Source of the DNA: a virus
Strand: one strand, 5' to 3'
Length of the DNA: 39,768 bases
Virus record (IMG/VR): IMGVR_UViG_3300011270_000004
Coordinates: 1-39,768 of that record
Below the pieces are notes generated by a model that saw nothing but the letters and a program-made list of their open reading frames with translations, did no database searches and was not told the DNA's origin. Below are positions 1 through 8,108 of the stretch, piece after piece. Position 1 is the stretch's first letter. Each line of letters opens with the position of its first letter. A program made the position numbers and the translations under genes.

Positions 1-123
1 ATAGTATTAACAGAGGCTGCATTGCCCATAGTAATTGTGTTAGTTCCTGCACCGTCACAAATATGAAGAATATTGCCTCCTGTTCCAGTAGATATATTGG
101 TCGTATTAACACCATTACCAATA
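1..123. repeat. Terminal overlap, identical to 39646..39768 (circular closure of the contig).
   Basis: Base-by-base comparison of the first 123 nt with the last 123 nt shows no mismatch. Confidence 0.95.
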
Positions 124-2132
124 CCTAGATTTAGAGTATTTGTGGCACTTGAATTCCCTACAGTAATTGCACCTGTACTTTGAGCTGTACCACCTATTGT
201 AATTGTACCTGTTGTGGTGCTATTTCCGATTGCATATTTAGAAGATGCTAATCCATCTACTTTAAAATCTGGTGTTGAACCTGTCCCGACTTGAATATTA
301 ACTTGAGAGGCTATAGCTGCTGAAGAATTTCCCAAATTAAGTATATGGGCAGCTGCACCGGTACAGATATTGGTGGTACCTCCCGTAGTAGCAGCTACAG
401 AGCCAAATATGTTTGCAACAAGAGTTCCTGAAGAGGCATTTCCATTAAATACATTAAATGTTTGTGTTGCTCCAGCAGTAGTTCCACTGAAAAGATTAAA
501 TAATTGTGTACCAGCTGTTGAATTTCCATTTAATATATTTAACGTATCATTTTGAGCTGAAGCCCCTCCACAAATTGTAGTTGTTCTGGCTGCTGAAGGC
601 GCTATGTTTGCAAGTGTAATGGTTGCCACACGAGAATTATCTGCCATATGAAGAATAGATCCGGCAGCTCCGGCAGCTCCTGTACCTGATAAAATATTAA
701 CAGTTCCGACAGCGGCAATATTTCCATTCAGAATACTAACAGTATTTGCTCCCGCGGTACCTTCGGCGATAGTAACAGTCGATGCACCTGCACCAGATGC
801 AATTTTAACTGTGGAAGTAGCTGATGATGAACCTAAAGTGATAACACCGGTCGTTTGAGCAGTTCCTCCAATAGTAATTGTACCTGTAGTAGTACTAGCT
901 CCAAATGCATATGTCGAACTTGTTACGCCATCAAGACTAAAATTACCTGTCCCAACTTTTTCAGAGATAGAACACGCACCAGAATTACTTCCTATTGTAA
1001 TTACGTTTGCAGCTGCACCATCACCAATTTTAATAGTATTACCAGCTGTCGCGGCACCTGTTCCTACTGCAATTGTAAGTGGTCTTGTTCCAGTTCCAAT
1101 ATTTACAGTCTGACTTCCTGCGGTTCCATTTCCAGATAAAATATTTACAGTTTGATCATTGCCTGAAGCACCTGTGGATATATTCACAGTTTGAAGAGCG
1201 GTATTAATTCCAGTAGCTATATTTAGTGTATTACCCCCTGTTCCAGTAGATATATTGGTCGTATTAACACCATTACCAATACCTAGATTTAGAGTATTTG
1301 TGGCACTTGAATTCCCTACAGTAATTGCACCTGTACTTTGGGCTGTACCACCTATTGTAATTGTACCTGTTGTAGTACTAGCACCGATCGTATATGTGGA
1401 ATTAATAACGCCATCGAGACTATAATTACCTGTTCCGACACGTTCAGTGATACTTGCTGCGACATTTATTGATCCTATAGCCACAGTATGCGCTGCACCT
1501 GAATCTCCAATGTGAATTGCCCTTGCAGAAGTACCAAGACCTATATTTACTGAATCGCCTGAGTTATCTGTAGCAAGATTTAATGCAGTACCAGCAGTTT
1601 TTATAGTGGCACTTGCATTTGCTGTAAGAAGGCCTCCAATAGTTGCTGTGCTACTTGTAACCAGTGTAGTGAAAGATCCTGGAAAACCTGCTCCTGCTAA
1701 CGCATCCGCTACTTTTAGAGGTGTCATTATTGTAGAATCATCTATCCCGGCCACTGCTTGTGCAGCTGTAGAAAGTTTAGCAATACCAGCTTGACTTTCT
1801 TGAGCTGGAGGAACTGCGCCTACAACAATACCAGCGATTACTGTTGCAACGTCATTAGATAATGGAACAATAGCTCCAGCAGGTGCACTTCCTCCCTGTA
1901 ATTGAGCTAAAGTAGCTAATTTAACAGGACCAAATGTACTTGTTGTCGCAGGAACGCCACCACCTGAATTCCATGTTTGACCATTAAAAACATATTCGGT
2001 TGCTGGAACTGTGGATGTATCGAAATATTGTTGACCGAGTTGACCTACAAATGAAGCTGCTGGAACGCCATTTCCTGTAACTGCCCCTTGTGGTACGTTT
2101 ACGAAGCCTGAAAGGCCATATGCTAAAGGCAT
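1..2132 (-). CDS. Tail fibre / receptor-binding protein, N-terminal 701 codons. The ORF is open through the left window edge and continues at 39231..39768 on the circular map (about 848 aa in total).
   Basis: I translated the minus strand by hand from ATG 2132..2130 (SD-like GGGAGGCAAGG upstream) down to base 1 and found no stop: MPLAYGLSGFVNVPQGAVTGNG... It contains the fibre-type motif QESQAGIAKLSTAAQAVAGIDDSTIMTPLKVADAL, followed by G/T/S/N-rich 'TGTITIGGTAQSTG' repeats. It is absent from the ORF track only because its stop lies beyond the window edge. Confidence 0.8.
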   Translation of the reverse strand, partial: MPLAYGLSGFVNVPQGAVTGNGVPAASFVGQLGQQYFDTSTVPATEYVFNGQTWNSGGGVPATTSTFGPVKLATLAQLQGGSAPAGAIVPLSNDVATVIAGIVVGAVPPAQESQAGIAKLSTAAQAVAGIDDSTIMTPLKVADALAGAGFPGSFTTLVTSSTATIGGLLTANASATIKTAGTALNLATDNSGDSVNIGLGTSARAIHIGDSGAAHTVAIGSINVAASITERVGTGNYSLDGVINSTYTIGASTTTGTITIGGTAQSTGAITVGNSSATNTLNLGIGNGVNTTNISTGTGGNTLNIATGINTALQTVNISTGASGNDQTVNILSGNGTAGSQTVNIGTGTRPLTIAVGTGAATAGNTIKIGDGAAANVITIGSNSGACSISEKVGTGNFSLDGVTSSTYAFGASTTTGTITIGGTAQTTGVITLGSSSATSTVKIASGAGASTVTIAEGTAGANTVSILNGNIAAVGTVNILSGTGAAGAAGSILHMADNSRVATITLANIAPSAARTTTICGGASAQNDTLNILNGNSTAGTQLFNLFSGTTAGATQTFNVFNGNASSGTLVANIFGSVAATTGGTTNICTGAAAHILNLGNSSAAIASQVNIQVGTGSTPDFKVDGLASSKYAIGNSTTTGTITIGGTAQSTGAITVGNSSATNTLNLGIGNGVNTTNISTGTGGNILHICDGAGTNTITMGNAASVNT
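79..215. repeat. Intragenic 137-bp direct repeat in the fibre gene, copy 1.
   Basis: cctgttccagtagatatattggtcgtattaacacc...acctgttgt recurs at 1237..1373 with one mismatch (a/g at the tttgAgctg / tttgGgctg position). Confidence 0.9.
1237..1373. repeat. Intragenic 137-bp direct repeat in the fibre gene, copy 2.
   Basis: Matches 79..215 with 1 mismatch. A more diverged third copy of the 3' part lies near 850..905. Confidence 0.9.
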
Positions 2133-2273
2133 CCTTGCCTCCCTGTTGTTGTTAAGGCATCCTTGCCTTTGGAGTTAAATTAAACTTATGATTTGATTAA
2201 TGATTAATGTCAAATGATTCTTTTAAGTAGATTGATGTAGTATTTTTATATATGTATATGATATGATATAAAT

Positions 2274-2471
2274 ATGGAAGAAATATTGAGTGTAAATGAA
2301 TTTGCACAAATGATCGGTTCAACGAGACAAGTTGTGATACAGATGATAAAAACTGGTAAAATTATAGCATTTAGGCTTTCAGATGCACCTAAAAGTCGTT
2401 TTAGAATAAAAGCATCTGAAATTGATAGACTGATCAGCTTGGAATTACACAAAAGGAATTTAAATGGATAA
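2274..2471 (+). CDS. Small DNA-binding protein, excisionase/MerR-type helix-turn-helix.
   Basis: Track ORF, 65 aa. LSVNEFAQMIGSTRQVVIQMIKTGKI fits the Xis/AlpA-like HTH pattern. It is the first gene of a short rightward operon divergent from the fibre gene. Confidence 0.55.
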   Translation: MEEILSVNEFAQMIGSTRQVVIQMIKTGKIIAFRLSDAPKSRFRIKASEIDRLISLELHKRNLNG

Positions 2472-2829
2472 AACATATAAGGATAAAATATATGATGATT
2501 TTTTTGAAAACGAAGGGTATTTAGAAGTTTTTAAGAAAAATGATGCCAGAATTTTATTCAATTGTGTGCAAGATAATATTATAGAATTCATTGTTGAAAA
2601 ATTTGAATCTCCTAATTCGAAACAATCATTATATCTAACATATACCTTTGATTTTGGTAATTGTAATTCTAATTGGAACGAACTTGATCTTGCAGATGTT
2701 GTTACAAAAATATTTATCGATTATAGAGCTTCCAAATTGATGATAAAAAAGATATTTTTGGAATTATCTAAAATTGAAGAATGGCGCCCAAAACTTAGAA
2801 TTTGGTTATATAAAAAATATGGACGATAG
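2464..2829 (+). CDS. Hypothetical protein.
   Basis: Track ORF, 121 aa. Its start overlaps the upstream stop and it is on the same strand as its neighbours. Confidence 0.5.
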   Translation: MDKTYKDKIYDDFFENEGYLEVFKKNDARILFNCVQDNIIEFIVEKFESPNSKQSLYLTYTFDFGNCNSNWNELDLADVVTKIFIDYRASKLMIKKIFLELSKIEEWRPKLRIWLYKKYGR

Positions 2830-2840
2830 GAGAAAAAATA

Positions 2841-3056
2841 ATGGAATGGGCTCAATTTTTAATTCTGATTTTGACGATAGGCGGCTTGTTTTTATGGAAT
2901 AGATCAGAATCTAGATCAGAACTTTCTGTATTAAGACAAGAATCAGCAGCAGACAGAAGAGATATTTTACAACTGATCAGAAGTATACAAGAAGAAATAA
3001 AAGATTTTCATGGAAGACTATGTGCGATCGAAGAACGAAATAAGGAGAAAAAATAA
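2841..3056 (+). CDS. Small membrane protein (N-terminal TM helix plus charged helix); holin/spanin-like candidate.
   Basis: Track ORF, 71 aa: MEWAQFLILILTIGGLFLW then a charged coiled region ending KEKK. It is preceded by GGAGAAAAAATAATG. Confidence 0.6.
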   Translation: MEWAQFLILILTIGGLFLWNRSESRSELSVLRQESAADRRDILQLIRSIQEEIKDFHGRLCAIEERNKEKK

Positions 3057-3208
3057 TGGATTGGACACAAGCAATTACTATTATAATAACAGTCATAGGC
3101 GCCGCATATTATATCCATAGGGATATAAAGGAAAATATGAAATCTCAAACAGCTCGGACGGATAGGCTTTATGAAATGTTTATCGATTTGCTTAAGGAGA
3201 AAAAATAA
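3056..3208 (+). CDS. Small membrane protein, paralogue of 2841..3056 (50 aa, below the track cutoff).
   Basis: Hand-translated: MDWTQAITIIITVIGAAYYIHRDIKENMKSQTARTDRLYEMFIDLLKEKK*. It has the same AAGGAGAAAAAATAATG context and TAATG stop/start overlaps at both ends. Confidence 0.55.
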   Translation: MDWTQAITIIITVIGAAYYIHRDIKENMKSQTARTDRLYEMFIDLLKEKK

Positions 3209-3396
3209 TGTATTATGAGGAAAATAGTATAACAGATTATGTAGTAGGAACCTTGTTTTTAGGTGGTCTTTTCTATCTTACTCATTTGGGAGGTAAACAG
3301 GCAGCCTATAAAGAAATTGAAGAGAAAAAACAAAAAGATGCTATACAAGATCTTAAAAAAAGATTCGAAGATTTAAAAAAGAATCCAGCCCAGTGA
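3208..3396 (+). CDS. Small membrane protein.
   Basis: Track ORF, 62 aa, with TM segment YVVGTLFLGGLFYLTHLGG then a K/E-rich tail. It has the same SD/TAATG context. Confidence 0.55.
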   Translation: MYYEENSITDYVVGTLFLGGLFYLTHLGGKQAAYKEIEEKKQKDAIQDLKKRFEDLKKNPAQ

Positions 3397-3599
3397 AATA
3401 TCGATTCATCCTCAAAAAAATTCAGTATGCTTCCATTGAGGATGAATTCGACTCACAAGACACAATAAAAAATATCTGTGAAAAATTATCAAATTTGAAT
3501 GAAGAAGAATTGGAATTTGGAACTGCCGAATATCATCTAGAAGCTATTACAAAAGAATCAAAAAAAACTTCAAAGATTATTTGGAAATCTCCTTCCTAG
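3393..3599 (+). CDS. Hypothetical protein.
   Basis: Track ORF, 68 aa. A GTG start overlaps the upstream TGA. Confidence 0.4.
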   Translation: MKYRFILKKIQYASIEDEFDSQDTIKNICEKLSNLNEEELEFGTAEYHLEAITKESKKTSKIIWKSPS

Positions 3600-3652
3600 A
3601 CTTGAGATTTTTTCTTAATCTATAATCAAAAAACTTTAATGTATTTATAGCT

Positions 3653-5161
3653 TCACTCAATTGTGGATTTTTTTCTTTTCTTTGCGACTTTAATTTGGCC
3701 GAATTCATCATATCTTTCCTTTGAAATTTTATCTATTACATTTTGGATGTTATGAAAAAGCGCATATTCGTTGGTCGCATAACCCCACGTTTTGCCTTTA
3801 TTTGCCTTAGAATATTTAGGATTGATTTTTATCTGTTCGTGAAATCCTGCTCCTCGTGAATCTGCAACACCCGGTTTATATTCTCCTATTCCTGTTTTAG
3901 CTTCACCTTTAGGCTCATATGTACCTAAAGCGATACTTTTATAAATATCTTCAGGCACATCTAAATACCAAGCCCATTTGCCATCATAAAATTGTGTTAA
4001 AAGTAGATTTAATCCTTCTAAAGGTACATGAACCATGCTTTGAAGAGCTGTTGATTTCATACCCTCTGGAATAGAATTTACTATATCGCGAACTGCTCTT
4101 TCAATGCCTTCGGGTTCTGGTTGAATCTCACTTAATTTTTTATTCTGAATGCTGCCGGCAACATTAATTTTTGCCACACCATTTTTAACAGATTCAATTT
4201 CGCCAATTTGTCCTTTTGGCAAAAGAGCAAGATTTCCCTGTGTTTCAGGTTCAGGCATAAAACGCTCGATTTTTGGCTGAATTTGCTGTTCGGGAACCCG
4301 TGATACAATTTCCGGCTCTTGAGGGGCTTGTGCTTGTTGAGGCGGAGGCATTGGTTTGTTTTCTTGCATCATTGTTTCAGGAGATGTTAACGGCTGTTCA
4401 GTCGGATGCATCATTTGTTGTTTTTTCTGCTCAGACAAATACTCAGAATAATCTTTAACAACTTGTTCTAAGCCTCCTTCTGTTTTGTCAAAAAGAGAAA
4501 TTTTATTTTTGGGCATTATGGATCTTAATACAAGAGATGATGTCAAAGGATCAAATTCGTTATTTTGTATAATATTTTCGAGACGAGTATCTTCACGCAA
4601 ATTTTTAACAAGATCAATATTTTTCATAGGATCGCGCATCGGGACAGGAGTTCTAACATTCTGTGCTTCTTCTGAGGGCATCCCTTCTTGAGATTGAATA
4701 GAATTAGGAGGCATTTGAGGAGAAGGAGAAGATGGAGATGGTTGACCAACACCACCTTGAATAAAAGGCAAACCACGTTGCTGTGGAGGCCCAGATAACT
4801 GTTGCATTGAAGGTAATTGTTGTTGATTCCTCAACGCAGGTAAAAGCTGCCCTCTAATTGCCTGATTTCTCGTTGCATATCCATAAGCTGCTCCGCCTAT
4901 TAATCCAACTGTTCCCGCAAGAGCTATAGCCTGCATCAAAGCTTTTCTTTTTTGATCGTTGTCACGGTTTTGAACTTTTTCATGTTCCGTCAGATATTTT
5001 TCCGATGTATCTGGCTCATCGGCAATACGATTCATGATTTGACTTGCTGAATAACCTGCAACACGGGCCGCAAATATTCCATCGGCCAAATGAGGATTTC
5101 TTCTCGCAATATAATTTAGAATCCTGGAGGCCGGATAGCCTCCTAAAATAGCACTTGTCAT
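3653..5161 (-). CDS. Virion-associated/internal protein candidate with a TM segment, a P/Q-rich linker and a KTSC-like C-terminal domain.
   Basis: Track ORF, 502 aa. It is the last gene of the leftward structural operon. TM segment: AIALAGTVGLIGGAAYGYA. The C-terminus DGKWAWYLDVPEDIYKSI...GAGFHEQIK resembles the KTSC-domain pattern, recalled from memory. Confidence 0.55.
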   Translation of the reverse strand: MTSAILGGYPASRILNYIARRNPHLADGIFAARVAGYSASQIMNRIADEPDTSEKYLTEHEKVQNRDNDQKRKALMQAIALAGTVGLIGGAAYGYATRNQAIRGQLLPALRNQQQLPSMQQLSGPPQQRGLPFIQGGVGQPSPSSPSPQMPPNSIQSQEGMPSEEAQNVRTPVPMRDPMKNIDLVKNLREDTRLENIIQNNEFDPLTSSLVLRSIMPKNKISLFDKTEGGLEQVVKDYSEYLSEQKKQQMMHPTEQPLTSPETMMQENKPMPPPQQAQAPQEPEIVSRVPEQQIQPKIERFMPEPETQGNLALLPKGQIGEIESVKNGVAKINVAGSIQNKKLSEIQPEPEGIERAVRDIVNSIPEGMKSTALQSMVHVPLEGLNLLLTQFYDGKWAWYLDVPEDIYKSIALGTYEPKGEAKTGIGEYKPGVADSRGAGFHEQIKINPKYSKANKGKTWGYATNEYALFHNIQNVIDKISKERYDEFGQIKVAKKRKKSTIE

Positions 5162-6579
5162 TATCTTCCTATGAGTTTAATCCCATACAATAATTTATCT
5201 AAATTATCTAACGGAGGCGTGTCCAAAAGATCAAGATGTTTAAATTGATCGTCATCCATCATAAATTTCCCTTCGATTATCAAATCATTTATGTCATCTT
5301 TAAATGTTTGCCAATCGACATTTTTATCCTCATAAACTTTACGGAGTAAAATCAAATTGACAGACGGATCAGCCGTGACTATTTTAGAAAGGCTATCTTT
5401 GATTTGTTTTCGAACTTGTTCTGAAAATTCGGGTTGTGGAAATGATGCAGGTCCCCCAAATTGATATTCTTCCGATCCATTTTCTTTAAATTCTGTTTTA
5501 TTCATTTTAGGAAGTTGGCTTATTATTTTTCTGGCTGGTTCTCCTAAATCAGTAATTATTGACTCTCGTTCTTCAGGATGATATCCTAATTCGCTTAACA
5601 AATTTCTTGATGTATCATAAAGACCTTCGTCCAAAAGCGGTTTTAGCTTTATTCTAATATCATTTTTCTTTTTTTCGAAATCTCTACTAGTTCCTAATAA
5701 TGACTGTTTAATCCCTGAAAATAGTCTTTTAGGTCCGATGCTTTTTTTAACATTTGCGATTGTGTTTTTAAATTTTACGGCATCTTGCGCCAAGTCTCTT
5801 TCTATATTTGCTTCGCTAGTAGATGTGGCGGCAGCTTCTTCTCCTTTTCTTTTAAAAATCGCTTCTTGTTCATCTGTAGCATTGGGAAGAACCTTCTTAA
5901 GTTTTTCAACAGCGATATTTCCATATTGTCGCTGAGCCTGAACTCTTTGTTGTGTATCTGCTTCAACAGAAGAATTATAATTTTTATTCGCTTCATTCAT
6001 TTGATTGGCTATATTATAGCCATCTAGATCTGACATAGGAACGCCAACAGCTCTGCTTTCAGACGCAATTTGTCTTCCTTTTTGTAAAACCTGTTCGGGT
6101 GCAAATACAGATCTTTTTATTCCCGCAGTTTCTGGTTGGGGAATATTTCCTAATTCTTTATTTTTGGTTTTTTTAGAAAAAAGCTTTCCTTTTTCTTTCG
6201 TCTCTCCAAATTCTGGCAGTTCAATTTTCTCAGATTTATTTTCTCTAAAGAATTGTTCTCTTTCTTGTGGTGTTTCTTTGTTTAAAGAATAATCAATATT
6301 CTTAGATGCTTCAGCTTCTCTGCTTTTCTTCCCAAAAATAAGTTGATTAGCAATTATTTGATGCCGAGTTTGTGGATTAGTAATACCGGAAAGATCAATA
6401 TCATAATTTTTCTTTATAGATTCATTTTCTTTTTCCAATTCTCTCTGTTCTTTTTTTTCTTCACGGATTTTCCCAGCAAATTGCATAGCTCCTTGTAAAA
6501 ACATTGGGAAACCAGGCCCAAGTTTTTCCATAAATGATTTTTTTTCTTTTTTAGGAACTGCCGGTAATACTTGTACCAT
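5161..6579 (-). CDS. Highly charged internal virion / ejection protein candidate.
   Basis: Track ORF, 472 aa, K/E-rich. Its stop overlaps the next start, and it sits in the tail/internal-protein block. Confidence 0.55.
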   Translation of the reverse strand: MVQVLPAVPKKEKKSFMEKLGPGFPMFLQGAMQFAGKIREEKKEQRELEKENESIKKNYDIDLSGITNPQTRHQIIANQLIFGKKSREAEASKNIDYSLNKETPQEREQFFRENKSEKIELPEFGETKEKGKLFSKKTKNKELGNIPQPETAGIKRSVFAPEQVLQKGRQIASESRAVGVPMSDLDGYNIANQMNEANKNYNSSVEADTQQRVQAQRQYGNIAVEKLKKVLPNATDEQEAIFKRKGEEAAATSTSEANIERDLAQDAVKFKNTIANVKKSIGPKRLFSGIKQSLLGTSRDFEKKKNDIRIKLKPLLDEGLYDTSRNLLSELGYHPEERESIITDLGEPARKIISQLPKMNKTEFKENGSEEYQFGGPASFPQPEFSEQVRKQIKDSLSKIVTADPSVNLILLRKVYEDKNVDWQTFKDDINDLIIEGKFMMDDDQFKHLDLLDTPPLDNLDKLLYGIKLIGR

Positions 6580-6594
6580 AATTAACCTCTATTT

Positions 6595-7164
6595 TTATGA
6601 TGAATAACCCTGATAAGCGCCATACAAGCCACCCAAAATAGCACCGGGCCATCCACCCATAGCTCCACCTTGCAATGCCCCTCCACCAGCCCCAAAAATG
6701 GTCGATGATAATTTGCTATATTTAAGTGGATCATTTTCAGGCACCAATAATTTCTCAGTAGGTTTATGAGATAAATAGGCATTGCTGCCACTCATAAGAC
6801 TATTAATGGCGCTCATGCGTTGTTGGGTTCTATTTGCTTGTAAAGCTGCTGCAAAATCTTTAAATGAAGATGATGGCATTGAAAAACCGCCAGATTTGGC
6901 ATTTCCTAATCCTAAATTCCCGAATCTTGATCCAGCTCCACTAGTGATTGCCTGATGTTGTCTCAAGGCCGGTGCTTCCATCTCTTGAAAAAAACTTTCA
7001 TCTCCTCCAGCTATTTTTGATAAATAACCAGATGGGCCCAATAAATCACCCATATATTGATGGATTTTATTTTGCTCAGGTGTAAATTTTTGGATACTAC
7101 CTATCTCATAATTATGAGGAAGAATTGAACCTCCTGATAAACCCGGCATCGTTTGTTTTGCCAT
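6595..7164 (-). CDS. Structural protein, paralogue of 7173..7613.
   Basis: Track ORF, 189 aa. It shares ...FTPEQ...LLGPSGYLSKIAGGDESFF...GLGNAKSGGF... with the neighbouring gene. Confidence 0.6.
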   Translation of the reverse strand: MAKQTMPGLSGGSILPHNYEIGSIQKFTPEQNKIHQYMGDLLGPSGYLSKIAGGDESFFQEMEAPALRQHQAITSGAGSRFGNLGLGNAKSGGFSMPSSSFKDFAAALQANRTQQRMSAINSLMSGSNAYLSHKPTEKLLVPENDPLKYSKLSSTIFGAGGGALQGGAMGGWPGAILGGLYGAYQGYSS

Positions 7165-7172
7165 AATCGACC

Positions 7173-7613
7173 TTATTGTGTAGGATTCTTCGGTACTAAA
7201 AATTGGTCATAAGGCTGTTGACTCAATGCCATATTTTGATAACCCATCAAATCCGTTATCGCCTGTTTCATTAATTCCTGTCTCTTATTTTGCAAATTCA
7301 TTGTAAAATCATTGATCGCCTGTGATGTTGCATTTTTAAACCCGCTTGATTTTCTGGCACCTAAGCCAACTCCACTAAATTCGGACCCCAAAGTTCCTAA
7401 CGTGCCCTGAAATTGTTTCTTAAGAGGGTTTTCAATAGTACTGAATGTCTCTTCATCTCCCCCCGCAATTTTAGATAAATAACTATCTGGCCCGGCCAAA
7501 TTGGCCATATTTTTAAATATCTCAAACATTTGAGGAGTAAATTGAGGAATTTGACCATATTTATATCCTGGCGGGATGCTATGGCCTCGACTTGCAGGTG
7601 TTGTATAAGTCAT
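7173..7613 (-). CDS. Structural protein, paralogue of 6595..7164.
   Basis: Track ORF, 146 aa. It contains ...FTPQM...LAGPDSYLSKIAGGDEETF...GLGARKSSGF... Confidence 0.6.
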   Translation of the reverse strand: MTYTTPASRGHSIPPGYKYGQIPQFTPQMFEIFKNMANLAGPDSYLSKIAGGDEETFSTIENPLKKQFQGTLGTLGSEFSGVGLGARKSSGFKNATSQAINDFTMNLQNKRQELMKQAITDLMGYQNMALSQQPYDQFLVPKNPTQ

Positions 7614-7637
7614 AAAAATACCTTTAATTTGACTATA

Positions 7638-8108
7638 TCACGGCTGTACAATCCATTCCAATATTATCAAAGCCTTCACGATTGTAGGTGCTGTAACACC
7701 TGCAATTAAATTAACATTTTGGTTATCAATATTGAATGTAATTTGATTTGTCACATTTGTCACATCGACCCACGGCAATGGATACCATTTTGTGCCATCT
7801 GTAAATCCGCCATATTGTGTAGGAAATTCAATGTCATTAAAATTGAGGATATTATGTGCCATTGATCCTGCTGATTCAAAAACAAAAATTTGTCTTAAAG
7901 ATTGTTGTTTTGTTCCTGTCAAATAATAGGAATTGCCTGTTATTGCCGGTCTTCGGACTGTAAAAATCCCAATCGTACGTAGATTAACTGCTGATGCTGT
8001 ATCAATATATCCTTTATCCAGCTGTAAACATAATTCTTTGATGTCATTTGTAGGGAAATTGCGCTGTACACGCAAATAAGGAGCTTGATTGAAAACATTT
8101 TGATTCAT
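7638..8108 (-). CDS. Tail-associated structural protein.
   Basis: Track ORF, 156 aa. Its start abuts the stop of the 1020-aa gene (8108). Confidence 0.55.
   Translation of the reverse strand: MNQNVFNQAPYLRVQRNFPTNDIKELCLQLDKGYIDTASAVNLRTIGIFTVRRPAITGNSYYLTGTKQQSLRQIFVFESAGSMAHNILNFNDIEFPTQYGGFTDGTKWYPLPWVDVTNVTNQITFNIDNQNVNLIAGVTAPTIVKALIILEWIVQP

Noticed and set aside
79-1373. The near-identical 137-bp repeat pair as the template/variable repeats of a diversity-generating retroelement.
   Set aside because: No reverse transcriptase ORF exists in the genome. There is only a single substitution between the two copies, which is no sign of mutagenic diversification, and both copies are in-frame modules of the same protein.
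370-1794. Plus-strand track ORFs 370..555, 855..1139 and 1606..1794.
   Set aside because: They are antisense shadows of the repetitive fibre gene, with low-complexity Cys/Ser/Thr-rich or Val/Pro/Ala-rich translations and no SD sequences.
1-2132. The absence of any long minus-strand ORF in the track over 2.1 kb of obviously coding-looking sequence suggested stop-codon reassignment or a pseudogene.
   Set aside because: Hand translation shows one uninterrupted frame from ATG 2132 to base 1. The ORF is missing from the track only because it runs off the window edge and has no in-window stop.
2133-2273. Divergent promoter(s) between the fibre gene and the Xis-like gene.
   Set aside because: Several TTGAT/TATAT-like hexamers are present, but in this very AT-rich spacer no single -35/-10 pair with good spacing stands out.
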